NCBI GenBank assembly: GCA_965202625.1
Contig: CBDBBI010000010.1
Location: forward strand, 896,001-960,000
Length of the DNA: 64,000 nucleotides
Source: a bacterium
GTDB taxonomy: Bacteria; UBA8248
Reading direction: 5' to 3'
The stretch's first letter is position 1. Every line of letters begins with the position of its first letter. A model generated the notes under the pieces. The model worked only from the letters and a program-made list of their open reading frames with translations. It made no database searches and was not told the origin of the DNA. The position numbers and the translations under genes were made by a program. This document shows positions 1 through 9,939 of this stretch, piece after piece.

Positions 1-87
1 AAAAACCGCGTTGCGGTATCCGGAAGGCAAAAAATGTCGGCTCAAGCAGAAGACCCTTTTGAGGGAGACATCCTCACGGCGTCGTTC

Positions 88-1512
88 CTAAAATGGCGTA
101 TCTTCCTCCTCGGGGAATCCGGGTTCCGCATATTCCGAGGCTACGCTCGCACCTTCATGGAATGAATCCAGGTTCACAAATCGAGCATATTCAGGGAAAA
201 ATTTAAGACTCAAGTCGCCAGTCGGCCCGTTGCGCTGTTTGGCAAGGATGACGGTGGTGAGACCCTTATTTTCAGGCGTGGCCTCGTAATACTCCTCTCG
301 ATACAACAAGGCCACAACATCTGCATCTTGCTCTATGGAGCCGGATTCACGTAAGTCCGCAAGGTTAGGACGTTTGCCCTCCCTCTGCTCCGGCGCCCTA
401 GAGAGCTGGCTGAGGGCCACAACGGGAACGTTGAGCTCCTTAGCCAAGCTCTTTAGCCCCCATGAGATTTCACTAATTTCGCGCTGACGACTCTCCGAGA
501 AACGACCCTTGTTGCGCACAAGCTGGAGATAATCGACGATGACGAGACCCAAACCTCGATCCGCCTGGATGCGGCGGCATTTCGCTCTGATGTCAAACAT
601 GGACAAATCCGTCGCATCATCCACGTAAATGGAAGCCTCGGAAAGTTCGCCTGCGCTTCGAATCAAATCAGGCCATTTTTGGGACGGCATATAACCGCTT
701 TGCAGTTGTCTGGAATTCACCATGGCCCGTCCACACATCATGCGAATGGCCAACGCGCGCGCGCTCATCTCAAGACTGAATATCGCCGTGGCCGTTTTCG
801 ATGACAAAGCGGCGTATTCAGCGATGCATAGAGCAAACGCCGTCTTCCCCATACTCGGACGACCGGCGATGATGACCAATTCCCCGGGCTGCAAACCACT
901 TGTCAATTTATCCAAATCGGAAAATCCCGTAGGAACTCCCGTAACCAGTTCCTTACGATCATAAAGCTCCTCTAGGTAGGGAAACGTATCTTTGATAACC
1001 TCTCGCATCTCTTCCACGCTCTGCTGATAACGACCCGATGAGACCTCCAGCATGGCGCGTTCCGCATCGTCCACGAGCGCGTCGACCTCCTCCTCGCCCG
1101 AGAGCGCTCGGTGCGCAATGGCGTTCGAAGTGGTTATCAGCTCTCTCAATAACGCCGTGTTTCTAATGAGTTTTGCGTAGGTATCCGCACGCCTAGCGCT
1201 GGAGACATCGTCCGCCAAGCGGGCGATATATTCAGCGCCCCCCGCTGTATCGATTGTCCCCGCTTTTTTCAGGACGTCGGCGAGGGTAAGGAGGTCAATG
1301 GGCTCGGATTGCTCGAAAAGCCTGAGCATTCCCTCATAGATGACCTGATGGCGCCTGCGGTAGAAATGCTCTGGTCGCAACACTTCCATGACGGGCGGCG
1401 TCATCGAGCCATCAAGCAACAAAGCTCCCAGAACGCGCTGCTCCGCCTCGATGTTTTGCGGGGGAAGATGGCCCGGCTGCTCGGACCGCTCCTTGCGAGC
1501 GGGCGTTTCCAC
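88..1512 (-). CDS. dnaB: Replicative DNA helicase DnaB
   Basis: PPQNIEAEQRVLG N-terminus, Walker A AGRPSMGKT, DYLQL, LSQLSR, DLRESGSIEQDAD and KQRNGPTG motifs; follows rplI; no intein. Confidence 0.98.
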   Translation of the reverse strand: METPARKERSEQPGHLPPQNIEAEQRVLGALLLDGSMTPPVMEVLRPEHFYRRRHQVIYEGMLRLFEQSEPIDLLTLADVLKKAGTIDTAGGAEYIARLADDVSSARRADTYAKLIRNTALLRELITTSNAIAHRALSGEEEVDALVDDAERAMLEVSSGRYQQSVEEMREVIKDTFPYLEELYDRKELVTGVPTGFSDLDKLTSGLQPGELVIIAGRPSMGKTAFALCIAEYAALSSKTATAIFSLEMSARALAIRMMCGRAMVNSRQLQSGYMPSQKWPDLIRSAGELSEASIYVDDATDLSMFDIRAKCRRIQADRGLGLVIVDYLQLVRNKGRFSESRQREISEISWGLKSLAKELNVPVVALSQLSRAPEQREGKRPNLADLRESGSIEQDADVVALLYREEYYEATPENKGLTTVILAKQRNGPTGDLSLKFFPEYARFVNLDSFHEGASVASEYAEPGFPEEEDTPF

Positions 1513-1619
1513 CTTAAAACTCCAATGGCATTTCGTGGAATGAACCGGGCACTTTCGTTAGATTACAGTAAATGGCAAGAAGATCAAATACGAGCAAACG
1601 ATATTCCCAGATCGAAATG

Positions 1620-1653
1620 AAAAAAGGGGAGGTGTTCGCACCAGCCCTCCTTA
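1620..1653 (-). terminator. Possible intrinsic terminator after rplI
   Basis: Minus strand GGAGG-N13-CCTCC hairpin followed by CC and a T-run; the stem is short. Confidence 0.4.
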
Positions 1654-1713
1654 TACATCTGATATTATTGGTATTGCTTGCGATGTGCAGAAGATGCCCG
1701 AACGCATAAAACT

Positions 1714-2316
1714 TTATTCGGGCTTTTCCGCCTCGCCTTCGGGCACCTGCGCCTCACTTCGTTCATTCTCCGCAACGCCATCGGTTGTGGCGGTTGCGCG
1801 CGATTGCGTCTGAACTTCATCGGAACTCTCACCAGCTTCCTCAGGCCTCTCCTCTACGAACGCCTCATCCGGCATCACTCTAACCTGGACGGACGCCTGC
1901 ACGTTCTGATACAGCCTGATGGCGACTGCATACTCTCCCACCTTTTTAATCGGTTCATCCAAAACGATTTTTCTTCGGTCCACTACGAGACCTTTCTCCT
2001 GCAAGGCCTCTTCGATCATCCGATTCGTCACCGAGCCAAACAGCTTGCCATCTTCACCTACGCGCATTGAAAATTCGACTTGGACCCCTGCGAATTCGCT
2101 CGCGAAATCCTCCGCTCCTCGCTGCGCCGCCTGGATTTGCGCTTCTCGCAAGCGTCGTTCATGTTGCGCCGCGCGCAGCGTGCTCGCAGTCGCATGGAGG
2201 GCCATGCCCTTGGGGATCAGGTAGTTGAGGCCATAGCCGTCCGTCACCTCCACGACGTCCCCCACCTCTCCAAGATGCTCTACCTCTTTACGCAATATCA
2301 GGCGCATCGCTTCCAC
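1714..2316 (-). CDS. rplI: 50S ribosomal protein L9 with acidic C-terminal extension
   Basis: LGEVGDVVEVTDGYGLNYLIP and GKLFGSVT motifs; rpsF-ssb-rpsR-rplI order. Confidence 0.97.
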   Translation of the reverse strand: MEAMRLILRKEVEHLGEVGDVVEVTDGYGLNYLIPKGMALHATASTLRAAQHERRLREAQIQAAQRGAEDFASEFAGVQVEFSMRVGEDGKLFGSVTNRMIEEALQEKGLVVDRRKIVLDEPIKKVGEYAVAIRLYQNVQASVQVRVMPDEAFVEERPEEAGESSDEVQTQSRATATTDGVAENERSEAQVPEGEAEKPE

Positions 2317-2323
2317 CTCCGAC

Positions 2324-2593
2324 TTACGAGTGGTCTACGGTGTAGGGCATCAGTGCCATATAACGCGCGCGCTTAATCGCCACCGTCAACTGACGCTGAA
2401 AACGGGCGGACGTGCCCGTCACCCGGCGGGGAATAATCTTTCCCCGCTCACTCACCATATTGCGAAGCGTCTTCACGTCTTTATAATCGATATAAGCCAC
2501 GCCATCCGCCGTGAAGCGGCATATTTTCTTCCGTTGAAAACGCTTTTTTTTTCTTTTTTTCTTATCACCAAATCCACGGGGAACTAATGACAT
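2324..2593 (-). CDS. rpsR: 30S ribosomal protein S18
   Basis: IDYKDVKTL...[12 protein letters not shown]...[19 protein letters not shown]. Confidence 0.98.
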   Translation of the reverse strand: MSLVPRGFGDKKKRKKKRFQRKKICRFTADGVAYIDYKDVKTLRNMVSERGKIIPRRVTGTSARFQRQLTVAIKRARYMALMPYTVDHS

Positions 2594-2628
2594 GTCAACC
2601 TCCTAGAACTCGCAAACAAGCTTACGCC

Positions 2629-3051
2629 TCAAAATGGTATATCGTCATCCGTCATAGGCGACTCCTGCGGGGGCGGCGCATAAGATGCACTATGTCCTGG
2701 GCTCGCCCCACCCGTCATCTCATTCGGGCGAGAAATGAAATGGATATTATTCGCCACGACCTCGTGCTTGCTGCGTTTCGATCCATCCTGCGCTTCCCAA
2801 GAGCGGAAACTCAATCGACCTTCCACCACGAGCGGGCTACCCTTGCCCGTCTGCTCCATCACCCAATCGCCTTGGCGTCCATAGACAACCACGTCCACAA
2901 AGCACGTGTCTTCTTTCCAGTCATCCCCGCTGCGATATCGCCGGTTGACCGCGAATCCAAACGAAACGACGGAATTGCCGGAAGGCAAAAAGCGCTTTTC
3001 AGGATCCCGCGTGATGTTCCCCCGGAGATAAACGGAATTCATTTGCGCCAT
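2629..3051 (-). CDS. ssb: Single-stranded DNA-binding protein
   Basis: MNSVYLRGNITRDPE OB-fold start and C-terminal DDDIPF; start placed at ATG 3051 behind a GGAGG SD. Confidence 0.97.
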   Translation of the reverse strand: MAQMNSVYLRGNITRDPEKRFLPSGNSVVSFGFAVNRRYRSGDDWKEDTCFVDVVVYGRQGDWVMEQTGKGSPLVVEGRLSFRSWEAQDGSKRSKHEVVANNIHFISRPNEMTGGASPGHSASYAPPPQESPMTDDDIPF

Positions 3052-3064
3052 CACGACACCTCCG

Positions 3065-3484
3065 CTACCGACTAGGCGGCCCATGCGATGAATGGGCGTC
3101 CGATCGGCCAGAAGAGCCCCCATCGCTACTCGTCGAAACGGCCCCTCTTTCCCTGGCGGTTGCACTTTTCGCATTTTTCGCCAGCTTCCGCATGAGGGTT
3201 TCGTCCAGCCGCACCGTCATATAGCGCCACGTTTGCTCATCAATGCGCATGCCACGCTCGATATTCGCCACAACCCCCGGATCCGAATGATGCGTGACGA
3301 CGAAATACACTCCGTGCCGCTGGCGATTGATCGGATAAGCAAGGCGCTTCTTTCCCCATCGATCCACGTTCAAGACCTCTCCCCCTCCCTCGGTCACCTG
3401 CTTTTCGAAGTTGGAAATTTTCTCCTCCACTGTTTCATCAGTGAGCTCCGGGGACAGTAAAACCATTGTTTCATATCGTCTCAT
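3065..3484 (-). CDS. rpsF: 30S ribosomal protein S6
   Basis: MRRYETMVLL...WGKKRLAYPI; start at ATG 3484 behind AGGAGG. Confidence 0.97.
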   Translation of the reverse strand: MRRYETMVLLSPELTDETVEEKISNFEKQVTEGGGEVLNVDRWGKKRLAYPINRQRHGVYFVVTHHSDPGVVANIERGMRIDEQTWRYMTVRLDETLMRKLAKNAKSATARERGAVSTSSDGGSSGRSDAHSSHGPPSR

Positions 3485-3489
3485 GTAAT

Positions 3490-3540
3490 CCTCCTCTCGG
3501 ACTGGGCGGCCCCGAACCTCCTCGGCCGGAGCGAGGAGCC
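3490..3540 (-). promoter_or_regulatory. Probable S6:S18 autoregulatory leader RNA
   Basis: Minus strand CTCCTC...GTCCGAGAGGAGG: the 5' CTCCTC can pair with the SD and a CCG lies just before it, as in described rpsF leaders; judged by eye. Confidence 0.55.
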
Positions 3541-3639
3541 AAATGCTCGCCAAAGGTTAGCACCAAACGCCCTCGGCAGGCTAGGCGAACCCTAGGGAAG
3601 ATGGAGTTAAGAAAACCCTCAGACAAAGTCTCGCCGCCA

Positions 3640-5637
3640 TCAGAAGAGCGGCGCCAACACCAAGGAGACGATTGACATCAACTTGATCAAGATGTTCATT
3701 GAAGGACCCGAGGTATCCTTCATCGGGTCCCCTACCGTATCGCCCACTACGGCGGCTTTATGCGCTTCAGAACCCTTGCCGCCAAGTTTGCCATCCTCTA
3801 TCTCTTTCTTCGCATTATCCCAGGCTCCGCCCGCATTCGCCATCAGCAAAGCGAGGAGAACACCTGAAAGCAAAGCGCCGGCGAGCATTCCGCCCAAAGC
3901 CTCTTTGCCCATCAGATAGCCCACCACGATGGGAGCGACAACAGCCGTAACGCCGGGGAGCACCATTTCCCGAAGAGCGGCCTGGGTACTAATATCGATG
4001 CAGCGCGCGCTGTCAGGGTCTGCGTCGCCTTCCATAATGCCAGGAATCTCACGGAACTGCCGTCTGATTTCCTGAATCATGATGAACGCGGCCTTACCGA
4101 CAGACTTCATCGTAAGCGCCCCAATCAAGAATGGAATCGCGCCGCCGATGAACATGCCGGCGACGACCTTCGCCTGCGTGAGATCAATCTGCGTGAGATT
4201 GGCCGCCTTCGTGTATGCGGCGTAAAAAGCCAGAGCGGTCAGCGCAGCGGAACCAATCGCAAACCCCTTGCCTATCGCCGCAGTGGTATTTCCGAGCGCA
4301 TCCAGGCCATCCGTAATTTTTCGAGTCTCTGGCCCCAGGTCACTCATCTCCGTTATTCCGCCTGCGTTATCGGCGATTGGACCGTAGGCGTCGACCGACA
4401 TCGTAATTCCGATGGTCGCCAGCATCCCCACGGCGGCGATCGATATACCGTAAAGCCCCGCCCAATTGTTTGAAGCCAAGGTCACCACTGCCAACACAAT
4501 CAAGGGAGCGCACACGCTCTCCAAGCCCACGGCAAAGCCGCCAATGATATTTGTCGCCACTCCGGTCTCGGACGCAGAGACGATCTCGCCAACGGGCTTT
4601 CCACCTGTTCCCGTGTAATATTCGGTCAGCCAGCCAATTAAAATGCCGCCACCAGCGCCAAAGAGGATAGAACCAAACACTCCGCCTTTAAGACTCAAGA
4701 CGCTCGTGATGAAATACGCCAAGATGATGAATACAATCGTTGCGATTCCGGTAGCGCTCCTCAGCGCGACGGCTGGGTTTTTCGAAGCCAGTGCCTTCAT
4801 TGAGACAATACCGATTGAAGAGGAAACCAAACCCATCATAGCCAGCAACAAGGGCAGGGCCATCACCGCCGAGCTATTCGCCCCCAAAGCCGTGCCCATC
4901 GTTGAGCCAATGAATATAGTCGAAATGATGGCACCCACGTAGGATTCAAACAGGTCGGCTCCCATTCCAGCTACATCACCCACGCAATCCCCTACATTGT
5001 CAGCGATCACGGCCGGATTTCGTGGGTCGTCCTCGGGTATGTTCGCCTCCACCTTTCCGACAAGATCGGCCCCCACATCCGCGGTTTTCGTAAAAATACC
5101 CCCGCCCACGCGAGCGAACAGGGCGATTGAGCTAGCGCCCATGGAAAAACCATTGATAACACTGACGTTGCTCGCGTCTTTGAGCACCTCGAAATACCAA
5201 AACAACGCGCCCACGCCCAAAAGCCCCAGGCTCGCAACAGAAAGGCCCATAACGGTTCCGCCAAAGAACGCCATGGAAAGAGCACCCGCCTGGCCGCCGC
5301 CTGAATTCGCCGCCGCCGCCGTTCTCACGTTCGCCTTCGTCGCTGCGTTCATGCCGAAAAATCCAGCGAGAACCGAGCAGACCGCGCCAACGATAAACGC
5401 AATCCCCGTTTTTACGGATATTGCAACGACCAGGAGAACAAAAACGGCCAAGACAAAAATAGTGAGAATCTTGTATTCTCTCTTCAAAAACACCATTGCG
5501 CCTTCATGAATTCGGCCAGCGAGTTTTCTCATCAAATCGTTGCCGTCAGATTGCTTTGAAATCCAACCATAAATCGCCGCCGCCAAAATCAGTCCCGCAA
5601 TTCCGAAGATTGCGGCCATGTTTGAAAAAGCAACCAT
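3640..5637 (-). CDS. hppA: Membrane-bound pyrophosphatase, K+-dependent, probably Na+-translocating
   Basis: [27 protein letters not shown] and [14 protein letters not shown] motifs; GNTTAA (Ala, K+-dependent); DLFESY Glu position as in Na+-PPases. Confidence 0.95.
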   Translation of the reverse strand: MVAFSNMAAIFGIAGLILAAAIYGWISKQSDGNDLMRKLAGRIHEGAMVFLKREYKILTIFVLAVFVLLVVAISVKTGIAFIVGAVCSVLAGFFGMNAATKANVRTAAAANSGGGQAGALSMAFFGGTVMGLSVASLGLLGVGALFWYFEVLKDASNVSVINGFSMGASSIALFARVGGGIFTKTADVGADLVGKVEANIPEDDPRNPAVIADNVGDCVGDVAGMGADLFESYVGAIISTIFIGSTMGTALGANSSAVMALPLLLAMMGLVSSSIGIVSMKALASKNPAVALRSATGIATIVFIILAYFITSVLSLKGGVFGSILFGAGGGILIGWLTEYYTGTGGKPVGEIVSASETGVATNIIGGFAVGLESVCAPLIVLAVVTLASNNWAGLYGISIAAVGMLATIGITMSVDAYGPIADNAGGITEMSDLGPETRKITDGLDALGNTTAAIGKGFAIGSAALTALAFYAAYTKAANLTQIDLTQAKVVAGMFIGGAIPFLIGALTMKSVGKAAFIMIQEIRRQFREIPGIMEGDADPDSARCIDISTQAALREMVLPGVTAVVAPIVVGYLMGKEALGGMLAGALLSGVLLALLMANAGGAWDNAKKEIEDGKLGGKGSEAHKAAVVGDTVGDPMKDTSGPSMNILIKLMSIVSLVLAPLF

Positions 5638-5725
5638 TATCTGCCTTTCCTCCTCCTAGTGAGCTTGTTCATGCGAGAAGCGCTTGGGCGTAATTTAATA
5701 GATGAGCGAAATATGCGAACTGGAT

Positions 5726-6271
5726 TCAGGATTTAGGGCCAATCACAAAATCAGACGCTCTTCGCACCGCCTCATCAACGGCGGGCTCCAATGCATCTAT
5801 TTCATGCCTAAGAAGAGATTCTAGCACCCAATCCGCGCCATTCACGCTCTTTGGTGGTCGGCCCAACCCAATACGCAAACGGGCGAAAACATCCGTTCCC
5901 AATGAGTGGATGATACTGGCAACCCCATTATGACCAGCGTCTCCACCTGATTTTTTAAATTTCACGCGACCAATCTCGATATCCATATCGTCGTGAATGA
6001 CGAGCAAACCCTTGGGCTCCAATCCCTCTCCCGTCAATAGTGCTCTCACCGCCTTGCCGCTTACATTCATAAACGTCTGAGGCTTCGCAAGTATGAATTT
6101 CCATCCCTGTAACGATCCGCCGCCCACAAGGGCGTGATGTTTAGAATCACGCATTGATATACGATGGGAGCGAGCCATCCTGTCCACCGCCCAAAATCCC
6201 ATATTGTGCCTCGTCAAAACGTACTCTATACCAGGATTGCCAAGACCGACGATGAGAACCGCACCAGCCAT
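5726..6271 (-). CDS. pth: Peptidyl-tRNA hydrolase
   Basis: LIVGLGNPG...TRHNMGF, KPQTFMN and GHNG motifs. Confidence 0.97.
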   Translation of the reverse strand: MAGAVLIVGLGNPGIEYVLTRHNMGFWAVDRMARSHRISMRDSKHHALVGGGSLQGWKFILAKPQTFMNVSGKAVRALLTGEGLEPKGLLVIHDDMDIEIGRVKFKKSGGDAGHNGVASIIHSLGTDVFARLRIGLGRPPKSVNGADWVLESLLRHEIDALEPAVDEAVRRASDFVIGPKS

Positions 6272-6303
6272 CCGACCCCCAGCTCCATTTTCTTTGGGCC
6301 GCC

Positions 6304-6987
6304 TTAAGAGGCCCCCTCGGCGGAAGATGCCGTCGGTTTATCTCCCTCATAGGCCTTCGTCTCACTCGACGACGCGCCTGCCACGTCCGCTTGAACGTCG
6401 CCGTCCTCATCCTCCAGCGCTTCTTCCTCAACAGGGGCAAGAACTGTCAAGATAGGCTCATCGGCGTCTGCTATCAAATCAACACCTTCTGGAAGCCGGA
6501 TATCACGCACGTGGACTACGTCCCCAACGTTTACCCTTGTAACATCGACTCCCACTTGTTCCGGAATAGCGTTTGGAAAACATTCGACGCTCAGTTCGCG
6601 CATGAGTTGAGAGAGCGTTCCTCCAAGTTTTTCTCCGGGCGACTCACCCGTCAAAGAGAGGGGGACGGCCACTTGAATTTTTTCATCCATTCGAATCTCC
6701 AGAAAGTCCGCATGAATGATCGCACCTCTCATCGGGTCGCGCTGCAGCTCTTTCACGATAACCGGCCGCTCTGACTTGGCTTCGCCTTCGACGCGCAGTT
6801 GGAAAACGACATTGCTGCCGGCCCTCGTGCCGAGCAAAGTCTCCAATTCCTTTGGGTTGATAGTCAAGGGCGTAGAATCCCCTATCCCATACACGACGCC
6901 TGGTATCTTTCCAGATCTGCGCACCGAACGGGCGCCGCTTTTCCCCATTTGCACTCTTTTATCTACCGAAAAGAATAAGTTTTCCAT
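6304..6987 (-). CDS. rplY: 50S ribosomal protein L25 / Ctc
   Basis: RRSGKIPGVVYG, VKELQRDP and HADF motifs; two-domain Ctc type; prs-rplY-pth order. Confidence 0.96.
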   Translation of the reverse strand: MENLFFSVDKRVQMGKSGARSVRRSGKIPGVVYGIGDSTPLTINPKELETLLGTRAGSNVVFQLRVEGEAKSERPVIVKELQRDPMRGAIIHADFLEIRMDEKIQVAVPLSLTGESPGEKLGGTLSQLMRELSVECFPNAIPEQVGVDVTRVNVGDVVHVRDIRLPEGVDLIADADEPILTVLAPVEEEALEDEDGDVQADVAGASSSETKAYEGDKPTASSAEGAS

Positions 6988-7038
6988 TTTCTTTTTTTTG
7001 CTCCAAATATATCGCCGACCATCGGGACACCGAAGAGT

Positions 7039-8010
7039 TTATTCAAACAAACTACTGACGGACGCATTCCCATGAATACGGCGAATTGCTTCAGCCAAGA
7101 GAATCCCTACCTCTAACACTTTGATACAAGACGAATTTTCCGCCCGCTCCGAAAGTGGTATAGAGTTGCTCACCACGAGTTCAACGATGCTTGAATTCTC
7201 GATTCTCTCCACCGCTGGGCCCGACAAAACCGCGTGCGTACAACATGAAAACACTTGTCGCGCTCCGGCTTTCATCAGCGCGTCGGCTCCCTGGCTCATG
7301 GTGCCCGCAGTATCGCAAAGATCGTCCACAACCAGAACGTCGCATCCTTGCACATCTCCAATAATGTTCATCACTTCCGATTCGTTCGCCCGCTCCCGCC
7401 GCTTGTCAATGATCCCCAGCCCCGCATTCAGCCTTCTTGCATAGTCTCGCGCTCTCTCAACGCCCCCGGCATCGGGTGAAACAACAACGAGATCCTTCAA
7501 TTCTTTTTTTTTGAAATACTCTATCATGATGGGCGCCGAATACAGATGGTCCACTGGAATATCAAAAAAACCTTGTATCTGACCCGCATGCAAATCCATG
7601 GCGATGACGCGGTCCGCCCCGGAGGCAGCCAACAGGTTAGCGACCAGTTTTGCCGTGATCGGCACGCGCGGCTGCACCTTTCGGTCCTGACGCGCATATG
7701 CGAAATAGGGAATCACTGCAGTGATGCGCTCAGCGGATGAACGTCGAAACGCATCCAGCATGATGAGCATCTCCATGAGGTTCGCATTGCCTGGCGTGCA
7801 TAGGCTCTGGACGGCAAACACGTCCGCCCCCCGGATGTTCTCTTGTATACGAACGAACGTTTCGCCGTCGCTGAAATCAATGATTTCAATCGATCCGGGG
7901 CGAATACCCAAAGAATCAAAAATACTCTGATTAAGCCCTGGATTCGAGCGTCCCCCAAATACCTTGAGCCGATTTTCCGTCAACGTTCCTATCCATAAAC
8001 CATTTGGCAA
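7039..8010 (-). CDS. prs: Ribose-phosphate pyrophosphokinase
   Basis: FSDGE, PYFAYARQDRK, DLHAGQIQGFFD, SPDAGG and VDDLCDTAGT motifs. Confidence 0.98.
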   Translation of the reverse strand: MPNGLWIGTLTENRLKVFGGRSNPGLNQSIFDSLGIRPGSIEIIDFSDGETFVRIQENIRGADVFAVQSLCTPGNANLMEMLIMLDAFRRSSAERITAVIPYFAYARQDRKVQPRVPITAKLVANLLAASGADRVIAMDLHAGQIQGFFDIPVDHLYSAPIMIEYFKKKELKDLVVVSPDAGGVERARDYARRLNAGLGIIDKRRERANESEVMNIIGDVQGCDVLVVDDLCDTAGTMSQGADALMKAGARQVFSCCTHAVLSGPAVERIENSSIVELVVSNSIPLSERAENSSCIKVLEVGILLAEAIRRIHGNASVSSLFE

Positions 8011-8127
8011 TGTATCCGCAAAGAGCGATTTTGATACTTGATTTTCCAGGCGGTGGCAAGTGGTGGGGCTAGAAATTCTCTCTATTTCTTTTTATTTTAC
8101 GAATTTCGCCAGATTTCTCATCATTTT

Positions 8128-9018
8128 TCACTTATCGCTACCTATATAAAGCATTTCCCGCAAGGGTTTGGCGATAAAAAATTCGCCCCTTTCGCTCTTC
8201 TGAATACTGATTGCCGCCCGCTCGGCTTCTCCTTTTTGACGAAATACGCCGAAAATCGTCGAGCCGCTTCCGCTCATCATCGCCCTTTGAGCACCGTGGT
8301 GAAGGAGCATGGTGCGGAGGTTCTCCAGATTCGGAAATTTTGAAAAAACGACGGCTTCTAAATCATTACCATATTCACATCGCCGAAGGCGCATCCCGAC
8401 CTCACGTCCGTCAAAACCTCGCCTATCTTCACGCAACTTGCTCCGAGACCAAGCATAGACGTTGCGGGTGGATAGTCGTATGGGTGGCTTGATCAGCAAA
8501 AACCAGCCGCTCTTCAAAGCTTCTTTTTCCTCGATTCGCTCGCCGCGCCCCCGGCACACCGCCGCCGGCCCATGCAAAAAAAACGGAACGTCAGAGCCGA
8601 CGCGAGCGGCAACCTCCATCAACTCTTTCTTGTCCATATTCAGACCCCACAGCTGATTTAACGCCCAGAGCGTTCCCGCTGCGTTACCGCTTCCCCCGCC
8701 AAGACCCGCGTCCACGGGGATATTTTTTTTCAAATAGATGCGCGCGCCAAGCACATCTCGCCCCGATGCTTCTCTCAAGACACTCGCCGCTCGATGCACA
8801 ATGTTCGCCTTCCCATCCGGAACGTCATTTCGGTCCGCATGCGCATAAATCATGTTTTCGCACGGCTCAATGCAAATCTCATCATAAAGAGATACCTGCT
8901 GCATCCACGTCATGATTTCGTGATAGCCATCACCGCGCAGGCCCAAAACCCTCAGGCGCAAATTCACCTTCGCGGGCGTCTTGAAAACCACGCATCCAGA
9001 AACACCCCCGCCACCCAT
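8128..9018 (-). CDS. ispE: 4-diphosphocytidyl-2-C-methyl-D-erythritol kinase
   Basis: PAKVNLRL, GYHEI, KNIPVDAGLGGGSGNAA, GSDVPFF and MSGSGST motifs. Confidence 0.96.
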   Translation of the reverse strand: MGGGGVSGCVVFKTPAKVNLRLRVLGLRGDGYHEIMTWMQQVSLYDEICIEPCENMIYAHADRNDVPDGKANIVHRAASVLREASGRDVLGARIYLKKNIPVDAGLGGGSGNAAGTLWALNQLWGLNMDKKELMEVAARVGSDVPFFLHGPAAVCRGRGERIEEKEALKSGWFLLIKPPIRLSTRNVYAWSRSKLREDRRGFDGREVGMRLRRCEYGNDLEAVVFSKFPNLENLRTMLLHHGAQRAMMSGSGSTIFGVFRQKGEAERAAISIQKSERGEFFIAKPLREMLYIGSDK

Positions 9019-9026
9019 GAGATGCG

Positions 9027-9857
9027 CTATCCTCCCAGCCAGAAGGTTTTGGCGTCTTGAGGTGGTTCCAAACGAAACAATTCATCTGAAAATATGGCGT
9101 TCCCTACTCCCTCATCGTGAGGATACGAGATGTGGAGCCGGTTTTCACCCCTCGGTCCCGTAATCTCCACATGAGAGGGCCGCCATGCCCCTTTGTCCAT
9201 GAGAAACGCGCCGTAACGGACCATAATCGTCCCCCGCAGTGTGCGAACCCCTATTTTTAGGGGATGCCAATCGTGAGGCGCCAACTCGACAGATCCCCAA
9301 GCCTCCCTTCGCGATCCTCCCTTCACTTCCAACAAATAGGGGGATCTACGATTTTTGAAATCAAGGTTTCTCTCATCCCCCAGCGCGGCCAGCCAATTGC
9401 CCAACAATAGATTGACGAAAACGCCGCCATTCAGCGGAAGTCCCAAAATCCGCTCAACTCCCCGCTCATTCGTCCTGCCTACATAGATCGCGTTGCGAGA
9501 TGGAGAATAAACACGAAACGATCCCTCATGGGCGACAACGACCATCAGCGGTGCGCCAAAGGGCGAAAGGGGTTCGAGCCGTAGCGAGTCCGGCCCCCGC
9601 AAAACCAAAACCACTCTGCCAGAAAACGAACCACCGGGAACCAACGGGCTCGCAAGTCCTATTTTCTCTTTGCGGCGTGAAAACCACAATTGCATGGACG
9701 CGACGCCTCGATACGAGCGGAGGTATCGTCTTTGTCTCAGCTCGGCGAGCATTTCCGCCCAAGACGCATCACGCGGGGGCGTCTCCCCCGCTTCATGACC
9801 GAGACAACCGGCCACTCCAAAAAATAAGAATACCAGACAAAAACGCAAGGCACGCAA
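9027..9857 (-). CDS. LolB-like / DUF4292-type lipoprotein
   Basis: Lipobox VAGC; LRLEPLSPFG segment; sits in the TPR-lolB-ispE position. Confidence 0.6.
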   Translation of the reverse strand: MRALRFCLVFLFFGVAGCLGHEAGETPPRDASWAEMLAELRQRRYLRSYRGVASMQLWFSRRKEKIGLASPLVPGGSFSGRVVLVLRGPDSLRLEPLSPFGAPLMVVVAHEGSFRVYSPSRNAIYVGRTNERGVERILGLPLNGGVFVNLLLGNWLAALGDERNLDFKNRRSPYLLEVKGGSRREAWGSVELAPHDWHPLKIGVRTLRGTIMVRYGAFLMDKGAWRPSHVEITGPRGENRLHISYPHDEGVGNAIFSDELFRLEPPQDAKTFWLGG

Positions 9858-9939
9858 AAATCAGACATCCTTGGCGGAAGAAGGCGAGAAAACTTTGAAA
9901 GAACATGGTGATGGCGGAGGCGGCAAAGCGTTCAAGGAA

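Noticed and set aside
2543-2563. Long T-runs in rpsR as a phase-variation site
   Set aside because: They encode the Lys-rich KKKRKKKR N-terminus in frame in an essential gene
2324-2593. Zinc-free S18 as an unusual adaptation
   Set aside because: The CRFT-type S18 is the ordinary form in many proteobacteria
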